A stretch of DNA of 64,000 nucleotides. Source: Ignavibacteriales bacterium. GTDB lineage: Bacteria; Bacteroidota; Ignavibacteria; UBA10030. Location: assembly GCA_016192345.1 (NCBI GenBank), contig JACPUH010000082.1, forward strand, positions 12,025-76,024, in the 5' to 3' direction. Under the pieces are notes generated by a model that saw nothing but the letters and a program-made list of their open reading frames with translations, ran no database searches and was not told where the DNA came from. Position numbers and translations under genes: made by a program. Positions 50,947 through 60,455 of this stretch are shown here, one piece after another; within the stretch, counting starts at the first letter, position 1, and each line of letters begins with the position of its first letter.

Positions 50947-51053
50947 CCAAAACAATTCGTTGGGCCAAAACAATTCGTCGGGCCAAAACAATTCGTCGGG
51001 CCATAACAATTCGTCGGGCCATAACAATTCGTCGGGCCAAGAACAATCGGTAG
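50944..51053. repeat. 18-bp tandem repeat GGGCCAAAACAATTCGTC, about 5.5 copies (minisatellite)
   Basis: Five full copies at 50944, 50962, 50980, 50998 and 51016 (variants A/T at position 7), plus a degenerate sixth. They generate the spurious ARRIV and WPDEL(L/F) repeat ORFs. Confidence 0.85.
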
Positions 51054-51075
51054 CCCGACCGTTCACGGTCGGGCT
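51052..51075. repeat. REP-type hairpin H3 (AGCCCGACCGTTCACGGTCGGGCT)
   Basis: 10-bp perfect stem. Identical copy at 51774..51797. Confidence 0.7.
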
Positions 51076-51138
51076 AAACCATAAAGACAATAAACCACGG
51101 GAGGGCATTCATGCCCTTCGCGGCTCATGGCTTCACAA

Positions 51139-51582
51139 TCAGGCCGGCGCAAAAATGTCAGCCCCATATGTCTCTAAGAACTCATCCACCTCCTCTGCAA
51201 ACGATTTTTTTCGATGGTGCTCTTCCTGACCCTGAATGTATCTTCTGACTTTCGCAACATCCCGATCACTGACTGAAAATGCTCCAAATCCTCCCTGCCA
51301 GGCAAAGTGTGTTGGCGTGAGTTTCTTGTCATTTATCCAATGTGATGACTCGCCTTTGAGTTTGTTCACGACCTCGCTGACGGAGAATCTCGGTTGAAGT
51401 CGTACTAAACAATGGAGATGGTCCACATGACCCCCGATGGTATCGAGAATGTACCCTTCGCTGATCGCCTTCTCTCGGACATGATGAAAAACGTCTAGGC
51501 GGATTTTTTTTCGAAGAAAGGGCACGCGTTCTTTTGTTGCCCAGATAATATGAATCCAGATTTTGTGGTACGTTTGCGACAT
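51139..51582 (-). CDS. REP-associated tyrosine transposase (RAYT, IS200/IS605-like TnpA_REP)
   Basis: Start MSQTYHKIW.. with GGAGGAGG upstream. HuH motif 'HVDHLHCLV'. 'HWINDKKL..FAWQGGFGAFSVSD..YIQGQEEHHRKKSF' carries the catalytic Tyr region. Flanked on both sides by the same hairpin triplet. Confidence 0.8.
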   Translation of the reverse strand: MSQTYHKIWIHIIWATKERVPFLRKKIRLDVFHHVREKAISEGYILDTIGGHVDHLHCLVRLQPRFSVSEVVNKLKGESSHWINDKKLTPTHFAWQGGFGAFSVSDRDVAKVRRYIQGQEEHHRKKSFAEEVDEFLETYGADIFAPA

Positions 51583-51869
51583 AACCTCCTCCTTCCTGTT
51601 TCTGAACGCCCTGAAGGGCGTCCGTGTATTTTTGTTTTGTTTTTGGTCCCGACCCTGAAGGGTCGGGCCAAGGGGCCGGGCCAAAAAACGATTTGTTCAT
51701 GATCATTCCAGGATTTCGTTCTGCTACCCAATGTTTACGGTAGGGCTCTACAGACGATCCGTTGACGATCATTAGCCCGACCGTTCACGGTCGGGCTACA
51801 AAGGGCGGAAGAAAATTATGGAATGGCATTCATGCCTTATCGGTCCATCACACACACGTTCTCGAAATG

Positions 51870-52652
51870 TTATCGCGAGAATCTGGTCTTTGGTTGTGGT
51901 TCAGTCGCGCCGGGGCGATTCAGTCCGGCACCGAAAACCCTCCACAGAAAAAGAGGATTTCCCACCAGATACCGTGGGGACATTCTTACGGGATTGAGCA
52001 ATAGCCGAAAGAGCCATTCCAATCTCATACGCCGCAACCACACAGGCGCCCGTCTAGTGCACCGTGAATAAAAATCAAAAAAACCACCGACGGTAACAAC
52101 AACCTGTGCGTTGAGACGGTGACGGTTTTCGCAAACCCACGTCTCCTGCAACGGCGACCCAAGACCGACAAAAAGAATCGACGGCCCCCCGGCGTTGATC
52201 TCCTCCAGAACGGCCTGGGTGTCCTTGAAATAACCGTGATGGTACCCAAGGAGTCGCAGCGATTCAAATTCCCGGACAGCCTGTCTCGCTGCGAGACGGA
52301 TAACCTCCGATGACCCGCCCAGGAAATACACCGGGGCTCCGTTTTCAGAGGCCCACTTCAAGACCTGGGGGAGAAAATCCGTCCCGGTGAGATTTTCCCG
52401 GATCCTCAACCCCCGGTTCCGGGCGGCGAGTTCGAGGCCGATCCCATCTGCATAAATGATGTCTGCCGCATTCAGGATTTCCCGAAACCCCGGCACAGAG
52501 AACGAAAGGTTGATGGAATGGGCATTGGCGTAGAAGACCGTGCGAAGTCGATTTTGTTTCAACCCCTCAACCAGCAAAGCGAGAAATTCGGTGGTCGTGA
52601 GATCGGAAACTCTCACGCCGAGGATATCCAACCGTCTAAGGGGCGTCATGAA
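51870..52652 (-). CDS. WecB/TagA/CpsF-family glycosyltransferase
   Basis: 'LDILGVRVSDLTTTEFLALL', 'VYFLGGSSEV' and 'VGLGSPLQE' are characteristic of the family. Start at MTPLRRLD; the ORF track extends to 52730. Confidence 0.8.
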   Translation of the reverse strand, partial: FMTPLRRLDILGVRVSDLTTTEFLALLVEGLKQNRLRTVFYANAHSINLSFSVPGFREILNAADIIYADGIGLELAARNRGLRIRENLTGTDFLPQVLKWASENGAPVYFLGGSSEVIRLAARQAVREFESLRLLGYHHGYFKDTQAVLEEINAGGPSILFVGLGSPLQETWVCENRHRLNAQVVVTVGGFFDFYSRCTRRAPVWLRRMRLEWLFRLLLNPVRMSPRYLVGNPLFLWRVFGAGLNRPGATEPQPKTRFSR

Positions 52653-53595
52653 CCGGGCTATCTCGAAAAAGTGCCTTGAACTCCATATCAACTGCACGCA
52701 ATTTCTCCCTGCCAAAGTACAAGGCACCAACGGATCGCACGATATACTCCATCGTCCAGAGGATTCTTACTAGAAAGGGGTATACCCTCCCCCGCAACGG
52801 ATGGTGCTTCTCCAGAAAGCGCCGGAAGCTCCTGTTCCAAATCAAGCGCCGTTCAAACGGACGTTGGCGAAATGAGCGGCCACAATAATGAGTGACGACA
52901 AGGTCGGGGATTATCGTAACCCTCCACCCCACTCCACTTGCCCTCAGACAGAAATCGGTCTCTTCAAAGTATGCCCAGAACCGTTCATCAAAAAAACCGA
53001 TATCAAGAATCACCTCAGCACGTATCAGCATACAACTTCCCTCCACGCATTCCACCTCACGCCAATGGGGCTTCGCTCTCCTCCCCCTTGGCCCACTCCA
53101 CTGCCACCAGAAGACTTTCATCTCCACCAACAACCCCCGGATCATCCGAGGATAGGTCGTCCGCGTAATGTCTCTTCCCGTCGGAGTTTTGATCCTGCAC
53201 CCCGCAATTCCTGTCCGGGGATGCCCCTCGGTTTCTCCAATCAAGCGGCTCAACGTTTCCTCACCGCAACGGACATCGGGATTCACAAGGAAATAGTAGT
53301 GCGCTTCAGGAAAAGTCCGGATTGCCTGATTGACGGCTGCCGTAAACCCTCGATTCGAATCGTTCCGAAGAAGACAGACCCCGGGAAATCGGTCGCGGAC
53401 CATCTCCGCCGAACCGTCTTCCGATGCATTTTCGACAACGACGATCTGATGATCCCAGGAGCCTGTCTGCCGTTGAAGATCCTTCAAGAGCTTTTCCAAA
53501 TATCCCCTGACGTTCCAGCTCACAACGATCGAGACCGCCACCCGACGTCCCTCACGATCCGACGCTTGATCTCCCGTCCGCTTCATTCCACTCAT
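52636..53595 (-). CDS. Family-2 glycosyltransferase (GT2)
   Basis: 'VSIVVSWNVRGYLEKLL', 'VVVENASEDGS' and the 'DxD'-type 'NPD' acidic patch. GT-A fold. Confidence 0.8.
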   Translation of the reverse strand: MSGMKRTGDQASDREGRRVAVSIVVSWNVRGYLEKLLKDLQRQTGSWDHQIVVVENASEDGSAEMVRDRFPGVCLLRNDSNRGFTAAVNQAIRTFPEAHYYFLVNPDVRCGEETLSRLIGETEGHPRTGIAGCRIKTPTGRDITRTTYPRMIRGLLVEMKVFWWQWSGPRGRRAKPHWREVECVEGSCMLIRAEVILDIGFFDERFWAYFEETDFCLRASGVGWRVTIIPDLVVTHYCGRSFRQRPFERRLIWNRSFRRFLEKHHPLRGRVYPFLVRILWTMEYIVRSVGALYFGREKLRAVDMEFKALFRDSPVHDAP

Positions 53596-56500
53596 CGAAG
53601 AATTGCCAACCGTCCCAGCACTTCCGCATGGTCGCGGCCCGTGGTTGCGACCACCTTATAAAAGTAAGTTCCATTCGCGAGCATCCCCCCTTCCCGATCC
53701 CGTCCATCCCAAGCGATGATATTAAAACCGAAATGCAGGCTCCCCGGCTGAGCTTCAATCTCCTGCACCAATCGACCCGCAACGGTGTATACGCGGATCT
53801 TGACACGGTCTGGCACGTTACTTCCGGCAATAGTAAAGGTGAAGCGCGTTTCACGGGATAAGGGATTAGGGTAGTTGAGGACGTTCAGCAGCCTGGCGTG
53901 CCGGTTGACTCTGAAGCGGAGGTGGGAGGAGGATGAATCGCTTCCATTACCGGACGCATCGAACGCCATCACTTGAAGCAGGTGTTCCCCATCCGGAAGG
54001 AGAGGCGTAAAGCGCGCCCGGGTTTTGAGGTTGCCGGAGCCGGACTCGATCGTCAACACCCCACCCGCGTAACTCACCAGGGAACCGTTGAGAAAAACCT
54101 TCAGCGCGGTTGTGTCGGCCAGGGATAGAGGCCCCGCATCAAACAGGCGAATGAGGATCTCCGGATCGGCCGAAATATAGTCCCCCTGCACAATCTCTCT
54201 TCCATCAACTGTGATGATGATGGTGGGAGGAAGGGTGTCTCGCAGCACTGTCAGCTCTGCCAAAGCACCGTTATTCGATTTGAGGAATTCCGGATGATGG
54301 GACCCCGGGTCGATCACAACCTGCAGGAGTTGTCTCCCCGTCATATTTTTTGTGGGGATGGAAAACTCAAAAGATACTTTTTGAAACGGCTGGATTTGAG
54401 GAATGATCAATCGATCCAACGGGAGAAGCATTGACGTGTTGAGGGAGCGGAGCTCGAGGACCACGCTATCGGCTGTCGCATACCCACCATTATACACGGC
54501 ACCCCGCACTTGAACCGGGGTCCCCTCATCAGCATGATCAGGTGAGACAAAAAAGCCTCCTTCAGTAAATGCAAGTTCGGAGGGAGGATCATAGGCTACG
54601 GACCATGAGCGAAGTTCAGGCTCCGATCCCTCGACGGAAGCTTGTTCGGAGAGGATCGTCGAGATCCTCAGAAAAGGATACCGAAGGGCAGAAATCGTCG
54701 TGAGAAGAGATGAGACGATCCGTGCATTTCCGGCAACGCGCACCGTGTCGCCCTCTTCCCCCCCAAATGCTTCAGCCAACACCAGGACCGAATCAGAAAT
54801 TGTCCCCGGACCGAGCTCTATCCCACCGCCTCTCCAAGTTCGTGCCGGACCGATCCATGGACTTCTCACCGAACCTCCTGTTGCTTTGAACTCCACTGTT
54901 GCCTGCAATTCAAGAATCCCGTTCCCCAGACGGCGTAAGTCCTCCGGCACCGATCCGGGCACCGCCCCTTTCCGCCCTAACAAGAGATAGGCATCGCGAT
55001 GCCGGAGTGAATCAAATCGAGAGGCACCGAGCGTCCGCATGGCTGACCGCAGTGTATTATTGACGAGCCTCGACGCTTCATCCTTGGCTGCGATTGCAAG
55101 GTATTCTCCCGCGGATAGGGACTGAAGGTAGGCAACCAGAGCGGGAACGGAGGAGGAATCCCCCCACGTGTCAAAATTCCTTACCTCCAGCACGTTGCCG
55201 TTCCGGGGATCTATCCGGACGGTGTTCAGGCCGCGGAACACAACTCCCGTCAGTACATCGAAGCCGTCAACAAAGATCTCGGCAACGTTGCCGTCGGAAA
55301 AACCGGCGCTTCTCATGGTCATGGACCGGGAACCCCGTTTCAGACGGACTCCCTGAGGTCCAAATTGCACTCCCGTGCCTCCGTTGAATTCCTCTGTAAG
55401 TGTCCGCGCATCCTGGGACCAGAGCACTTTGGACATCGAAGTGAAATCCGTCGGCTCGGCTGAGCTCGCCGAAGTCGAGAAGACCTGTTCGGTCCATGAG
55501 GAGGCCCCGGCTGCCCCGACAAGTCGTACCCGCCAACGATAGATCCCTCGATCCTTTAACCCATGCAACCAATGGTCAATCACTCCCCCATGAAGTAAGG
55601 GAACGGTCAGGACCGATGACGAGTACGGGCGAACGGTATCGACCTGGATTTCGAGTCGGCTCCCTTGCTCAAGAAGGATCGGCACATCCACGCTCACAAG
55701 CACCGAATCGCTCGTGCTCGTGGAAAACGGGAGCGGCCTTAGGACTGTCAGTTCACTCGAAAGAACCGATACGGGAAATTGGTACCGATTGTTGACGCGC
55801 TCTGCGTCGCGTAGATGCTGCATCGGATCGAGCTCAAGAGAAAGTGTATGCTCTCCCCCCTTCCCCGCGGGGTTCCAGGTAAATGCGACCGAATCAATCG
55901 TGCCGAGGCGGGGAAGAGTCTTATTCTGTCCTGAAGTCGTTACTCCCCCAAAGTCGCTTCGGAACCGTACCTGGATGGAATCCTGTACCCCAAGTCCGAA
56001 GTTGTAAACCCGTGCGGTCACGGTAATCGCCGTATCCTTATCCGTAACGGGAAGTTTATCAACCCGGACATCCTGAGGCTGGATGACGAGATCGGGTTGA
56101 GTCGGAAGAGCAATACGAATGAGGGGATCCCCCAGGAGCGTGTATTGTTGAATGGTCGAGATACCAACGAGGGAGGAGCCGAACGTTTTCCAAAGGTCGG
56201 CACGGACCTGCTGGAGCGCATCGCCGAGGATGCGAACAGTGTCGCGGAAGACGGCTTGGAACAGGGAACGCCCTATTGCATGCAACGGACCGATGAAACC
56301 GAGTCCGGTGCTCCCGAGGTATGCAATCGCAGCATCCTCCTGATCGAAGAGGAACTCCTCAGCGAAGCAACGGATGTCGGGCTCCGCAAACCTGTTGGTG
56401 CTGCAACTGAGATCGCTGACGATGTGTTTTCTTCGGGAGGAATTCCGCAACTGTCGTGGGCTGTTGATTGCATTATCCCATGTCGTACTTGCCGCATGAC

Positions 56501-58406
56501 CGAAAAAAGCCACCCAGGCCGCCCCCTCTTCTATGGCCTTCCGGATTTCCACGCTTTCCTTGAATTCAATGGCTTCACTCTTCTTATACACTCTCTTGGG
56601 GATGCCGGCGAAGGGAAAGGCATCCACGTATTGAGCCGCCAACGATTCCATGAATGCCGCGAAGGCGGAGTTCTCCTCCTTACTGATCCCGCCGGTTAAC
56701 AGCAGCACATTCTTACTCAGAATTGTCGCCCCGTATCCTTCATACTCTTTCAGATACCGGATATACCGATCTGCTTCCTCCAGGGACCTTGCCGGTATAC
56801 GACCGACCGATATCTGTGGTATCACGGTATGCAGAGTCTCCACGGTCGTGAACCAAACATCGGATACCGGATTTCCAAATGAGGGAAGGGAAGTTGGCCT
56901 CTGGATGGCAGAGTATCCCCGTGCATCCCAATTTGCCTCGCCTAAAAACACGGCATACCGGGGAGGTCTACCTCCCCACCTTGTCCGAGCAATCGTAAAG
57001 AACTCCTTGATGGCAACGGGGGATCTGTAGCCGAAACCGAAAAGGTCAAAGACCTGCTCAACATCCACCACCTTTGATCTGACCCCGCGTGTTTGCGAGC
57101 GAAATGCTGCGAGATCTTCTCCCGCACGAAAAAGGCGGCTTGTCGTAAGGATGATATAATCCGCTTCATTCGTGGAGTCAACAAGATCATGGAAACCGAC
57201 TGGTCTGAGCCCTGTCGGGATATGGGCCGAATCGATGCCGACCGCGACATACTCAACGTTGCCAAGGACCGTATCTTCGAAAGAGAGTTGGAAGGAATTT
57301 CCCAGCCGGGTCACTTTTGCTCCTGCGACATGAGTCCAGGTGGAACCGATATCATCGTACCGGAACAAAGCCACCGCGGGAGAGACAAACCCACGCGCCG
57401 CGAACCGCCTCACGACGGGTTCATCCGAAGAGACCCTGAACCTGAGACGGTTCTGTTGGGCAAACAGGTCGCGGTCGTACTCCGCCAGTATGTAGTCCAA
57501 CAGGACTTCGTTGATCGAGTTGCCCGTATTCTGCGACGTCAAACGCAGACTGTTCCCCTGTCCCATCACCAAAGAAGAAGGGAGATCGATCTTCAGTAAC
57601 CGCTCCTGATAACCGAAAAAAGAAGTGTCCGCGATGATCCTCCCGTTCATCGCCAAAACGATTCGATGGTCGGGGACATCGAGCGGTTCCTGCGGAGCGG
57701 TTGAGCTGACAAGCCGGAGGGTCAACGTCACATTCTTGATTGGTTTTTGCGTAAGGCCGGGAAGTCCAAATGAAACGGTGGAGACTTGTCCACTCCGGAT
57801 ACGGGCAGAATACCAGCCGCGTCCGGGTGCATCAGCCGACTGGTTTCTGATGAGATCAGATCCGTTGCCGCTGTGGTACGTGTTCCTGTTCTCCCATCGG
57901 TAGAACCCGCGGGCGGTGGTATCCCCTTCCGACAGGTCCGGGAAAATCTTTCCCGGTTCATACATTCCGGTGTCGGGGGTTTCCCCGATCCAGTATATCC
58001 CCTCCACCTGGTAAGGATCGGACTCCCGTCGAACACGATCGAGGTAAGCCCGTTCGGCCGGGAAGAACACAGTGACTCCGGGAGCAAACTGCGTAACCGT
58101 GTCAGGGGTGACGAGGAAGGGCAGCTCTTTCCCGCGGTGCAGGATCCTCAAGCGAGAAATGTCTACCGGAAGTGCTGCAGGATCCCCTGCACTCAACTCC
58201 TCAAACTTCAATCCGGAGATGCCATCCTCCCATACGGAAAATTTATAGAGCCGCCGGTACTTCTTGTACCAGGGAAGGATCGTGCTACCCTGGGGAGCTG
58301 CCTTCAAGGAAGGGGGAGAAATCCGCTCCGAAATCCAAGGACCGCCGGAAGAGTCTTGTGCCTGCGACGGAAGAGAAAGAACGAGCAGGACAAGTGCCGG
58401 CATCAT
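53592..58406 (-). CDS. Large secreted peptidase-C25 (gingipain/PorU-like) domain protein with T9SS type-A CTD
   Basis: Signal peptide MMPALVLLVLSLPSQAQ. C25 N-terminal region 'ADYIILTTSRLFRAGEDLAAFRSQTRGVRSKVVDVEQVFDLFGFG'. 'SVGRIPARSLEEADRYIRYLKEYE'. Putative His 'AFFGHAASTTW' and Cys 'SDLSCSTNRF' dyad. About 700 aa of extra Ig/PA14-like modules. C-terminus 'LNYPNPLSRETRF...GTYFYKVVATTGRDHAEVLGRLAILR'. Its stop overlaps the start of the GT2 gene at 52636..53595 in ATGA fashion (translational coupling). Confidence 0.6.
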   Translation of the reverse strand: MMPALVLLVLSLPSQAQDSSGGPWISERISPPSLKAAPQGSTILPWYKKYRRLYKFSVWEDGISGLKFEELSAGDPAALPVDISRLRILHRGKELPFLVTPDTVTQFAPGVTVFFPAERAYLDRVRRESDPYQVEGIYWIGETPDTGMYEPGKIFPDLSEGDTTARGFYRWENRNTYHSGNGSDLIRNQSADAPGRGWYSARIRSGQVSTVSFGLPGLTQKPIKNVTLTLRLVSSTAPQEPLDVPDHRIVLAMNGRIIADTSFFGYQERLLKIDLPSSLVMGQGNSLRLTSQNTGNSINEVLLDYILAEYDRDLFAQQNRLRFRVSSDEPVVRRFAARGFVSPAVALFRYDDIGSTWTHVAGAKVTRLGNSFQLSFEDTVLGNVEYVAVGIDSAHIPTGLRPVGFHDLVDSTNEADYIILTTSRLFRAGEDLAAFRSQTRGVRSKVVDVEQVFDLFGFGYRSPVAIKEFFTIARTRWGGRPPRYAVFLGEANWDARGYSAIQRPTSLPSFGNPVSDVWFTTVETLHTVIPQISVGRIPARSLEEADRYIRYLKEYEGYGATILSKNVLLLTGGISKEENSAFAAFMESLAAQYVDAFPFAGIPKRVYKKSEAIEFKESVEIRKAIEEGAAWVAFFGHAASTTWDNAINSPRQLRNSSRRKHIVSDLSCSTNRFAEPDIRCFAEEFLFDQEDAAIAYLGSTGLGFIGPLHAIGRSLFQAVFRDTVRILGDALQQVRADLWKTFGSSLVGISTIQQYTLLGDPLIRIALPTQPDLVIQPQDVRVDKLPVTDKDTAITVTARVYNFGLGVQDSIQVRFRSDFGGVTTSGQNKTLPRLGTIDSVAFTWNPAGKGGEHTLSLELDPMQHLRDAERVNNRYQFPVSVLSSELTVLRPLPFSTSTSDSVLVSVDVPILLEQGSRLEIQVDTVRPYSSSVLTVPLLHGGVIDHWLHGLKDRGIYRWRVRLVGAAGASSWTEQVFSTSASSAEPTDFTSMSKVLWSQDARTLTEEFNGGTGVQFGPQGVRLKRGSRSMTMRSAGFSDGNVAEIFVDGFDVLTGVVFRGLNTVRIDPRNGNVLEVRNFDTWGDSSSVPALVAYLQSLSAGEYLAIAAKDEASRLVNNTLRSAMRTLGASRFDSLRHRDAYLLLGRKGAVPGSVPEDLRRLGNGILELQATVEFKATGGSVRSPWIGPARTWRGGGIELGPGTISDSVLVLAEAFGGEEGDTVRVAGNARIVSSLLTTISALRYPFLRISTILSEQASVEGSEPELRSWSVAYDPPSELAFTEGGFFVSPDHADEGTPVQVRGAVYNGGYATADSVVLELRSLNTSMLLPLDRLIIPQIQPFQKVSFEFSIPTKNMTGRQLLQVVIDPGSHHPEFLKSNNGALAELTVLRDTLPPTIIITVDGREIVQGDYISADPEILIRLFDAGPLSLADTTALKVFLNGSLVSYAGGVLTIESGSGNLKTRARFTPLLPDGEHLLQVMAFDASGNGSDSSSSHLRFRVNRHARLLNVLNYPNPLSRETRFTFTIAGSNVPDRVKIRVYTVAGRLVQEIEAQPGSLHFGFNIIAWDGRDREGGMLANGTYFYKVVATTGRDHAEVLGRLAILR

Positions 58407-58453
58407 AGAGCACCGTTGCCCATCGCTGACTTCCCGTTTTCCTGTTCGAGAGG

Positions 58454-59515
58454 TCACACGCTGACTGAACGACGGAGGTTGAACAAAATGGTCTCGAAAT
58501 CCCTCGAGGATCTTTCCCAGGAAACATTTTTTGCACTCTTTTCCGCGGCACGCGCAAGGGCCTCGCGCTTTTTCCTGTTCCCCAAAAGGTCGAGCAGTGC
58601 GATGGCCATCCCCTTCGGGTCTCCCATCAAGACCTGAGCAAAGGATTCGCCATCCTTAAAGTATCTGCACATCTCCCCCGTTTCGGTTGCGACAAGCGCG
58701 CATCCGCAAGAAGCCGCTTCCAGGGGGATGAGACTCATACTGTCGTTTGTGCTGGGAACAAGCCAAACGGCGCACCGCGAGTAAATAGTTCTCAACTCCT
58801 CCTGCCGGGGCTTATAATAGAAGCGGAGAAACGGCGGAATCCGGGGAAACAGTCTTTGTCCGAAGGCAACAAACTGAATTTCCGACCGCTGTTTCTGCAC
58901 CATTCCGAAGGCCTCCCGGGCGGCCTCGAACCCCTTGCGCTCATCCGTTGAGAACTGCACACCCACCGTTCGTTCCCTTTCGCTCGTTACCGGCGTTTGA
59001 AAAAAGAGATCCCTATTGACTGCGTTCATAACCGGACCATGGACGGGGGCCTGAAGCAGGTGCAAAAGACTCTCCTGAAGCCAGTGGGCAACAGTGACTT
59101 TCGCCAAGGGAAGTTGCCATGCTTGTGCCGCCTCGGGATCGATGACCCGTTCATCCCCTTGAATGAAATGAACCTTGATGCCTTTGGAGGGACTCAGACG
59201 GTCAACCCAAAACGCAGTCCTCCACCATGTCGCAATGACGACGTCCCCATCCCTGATGAACCGGTCGTCAATCGAAGGGACGACCCTGACCAAATCCCTT
59301 CCATACCAGGAAAAATCCCTCCGGTCCCGGTATGCCCGAACGCGCGCGTACAGGTCATGCAATGTGTGGCCCAAGTCCGGAAAGGAGTGTTGGGGAATAT
59401 GGACAACCGTGTCGTGACCGAACCGCCTGAGGTTCACAGCATGCTCAAGAACGGTTCGTGCGCCTCCCCCAAAAAACAAGTCGGGGAGGATGAAATTAAT
59501 CCGAAGACCAGCCAT
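58454..59515 (-). CDS. Family-4 glycosyltransferase (GT4, GT-B fold)
   Basis: 353 aa. N-terminal 'INFILPDLFFGGGARTV'. C-terminal 'EAASCGCALVATETGE' resembles the EX7E region. Confidence 0.7.
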   Translation of the reverse strand: MAGLRINFILPDLFFGGGARTVLEHAVNLRRFGHDTVVHIPQHSFPDLGHTLHDLYARVRAYRDRRDFSWYGRDLVRVVPSIDDRFIRDGDVVIATWWRTAFWVDRLSPSKGIKVHFIQGDERVIDPEAAQAWQLPLAKVTVAHWLQESLLHLLQAPVHGPVMNAVNRDLFFQTPVTSERERTVGVQFSTDERKGFEAAREAFGMVQKQRSEIQFVAFGQRLFPRIPPFLRFYYKPRQEELRTIYSRCAVWLVPSTNDSMSLIPLEAASCGCALVATETGEMCRYFKDGESFAQVLMGDPKGMAIALLDLLGNRKKREALARAAEKSAKNVSWERSSRDFETILFNLRRSVSV

Positions 59516-60455
59516 AGCCGTTCAATGCCATTTTGATATGGTGGAACACTCGATGACTCAAGTATCCGTTTTTGCAGAATGGTTTATATCGGTCGACCAC
59601 GTCTTGTTTCAGACGAACCGTTTGTGGCCGGAGAGAAAGGGCGAGGTTGAGCACCAGTTGCCCGAACCACGTAGTAAGGAGGGATCGATTTCCCCAGTAC
59701 CGCCGGCTCATGCAGTGGATCCCCAGGACGAAGTTCAGTCGGGGGCCGATGCTCAAATAGCGCCGCGCCCACTTGGAGAGGTTGCTCAAGTGGGAGCGGC
59801 AATGCAACGGCGTTATCCTGCCTCGGACCGGCTTGTCATGATAAAACACGATCGACGAAAAATACCGAATGTCCCACGATGCCTGGAGTGCTCTTGCGGA
59901 AAAATCCTCCTCGTTTCCATAGAGAAAGAAATTTGCGTCATACCCGCCAATGGCACGAATCAAGGAGGCACGGATCCCGGCCCCCTCTCCGGCAAAGGAC
60001 ATGTAAGGAACGTCCTCAGCCCATGCATGCTGCGGAAGGGGAAACCCGGATGGAGCAAGAGGAGGATTCAGAATCTCCCTCGTGGTGCTCTGAAGAATAC
60101 GGCATACGACAATTCCCAGGCGGGGGTTCCCTTCAAAAGCTTCGACGATTTTCCCGATGGCGTCGGGAGCCGGAAAGGAGTCGTCATCCAGAACCACGAC
60201 ATACTTCCCCTCCGCGACCCGGAAGCCTTCATTCCATCCCCCAATACCAAAATTATGCGGGAGCGATATCAGCCGGACGGATGGATGACCTTCCCGAGCA
60301 GCTTCCAAGGTTCCGTCTTGAGAAGCGTTATCGATAACGATGACCTCCCGATGGGGATAGGTTGACCGCCCTGACTCCGTCAAAGTCCTCAGCAACCGGT
60401 CCCGACGGTTCCAAGTCAGTATCACCACCGAGACGAGCGGATGATCTTCCTTCAT
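59496..60455 (-). CDS. Family-2 glycosyltransferase (GT2)
   Basis: Start MKEDHPLVSVVILTWNRRD with GGAGG upstream. 'VIDNASQDGT' and 'VVLDDDS' (DxD) motifs. Confidence 0.8.
   Translation of the reverse strand: MKEDHPLVSVVILTWNRRDRLLRTLTESGRSTYPHREVIVIDNASQDGTLEAAREGHPSVRLISLPHNFGIGGWNEGFRVAEGKYVVVLDDDSFPAPDAIGKIVEAFEGNPRLGIVVCRILQSTTREILNPPLAPSGFPLPQHAWAEDVPYMSFAGEGAGIRASLIRAIGGYDANFFLYGNEEDFSARALQASWDIRYFSSIVFYHDKPVRGRITPLHCRSHLSNLSKWARRYLSIGPRLNFVLGIHCMSRRYWGNRSLLTTWFGQLVLNLALSLRPQTVRLKQDVVDRYKPFCKNGYLSHRVFHHIKMALNGYGWSSD

Larger units (their letters stand above)
50896..51797. mobile_element. REPtron 1: RAYT flanked by direct copies of the REP hairpins H1-H2-(18-bp unit)-H3
   Basis: Left flank H1, H2, 5.5 copies of the 18-mer, H3. 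RAYT gene. Right flank H1' (51604..51622), H2' (51648..51667), one degenerate 18-mer (GGGCCAAGGGGCCGGGCCAAAAAACGATTTGTTC) and H3' (51774..51797). Confidence 0.7.

Noticed and set aside
50702-51108. ORFs encoding ARRIV-x5 and WPDEL(L/F)-x5 repeat peptides
   Set aside because: These are translations of the 18-bp DNA minisatellite in two frames. Periodicity of 18 = 6 codons creates artificial open frames. Only the 3' part (MLENEF..) is real, as the GxxExxY N-terminus.
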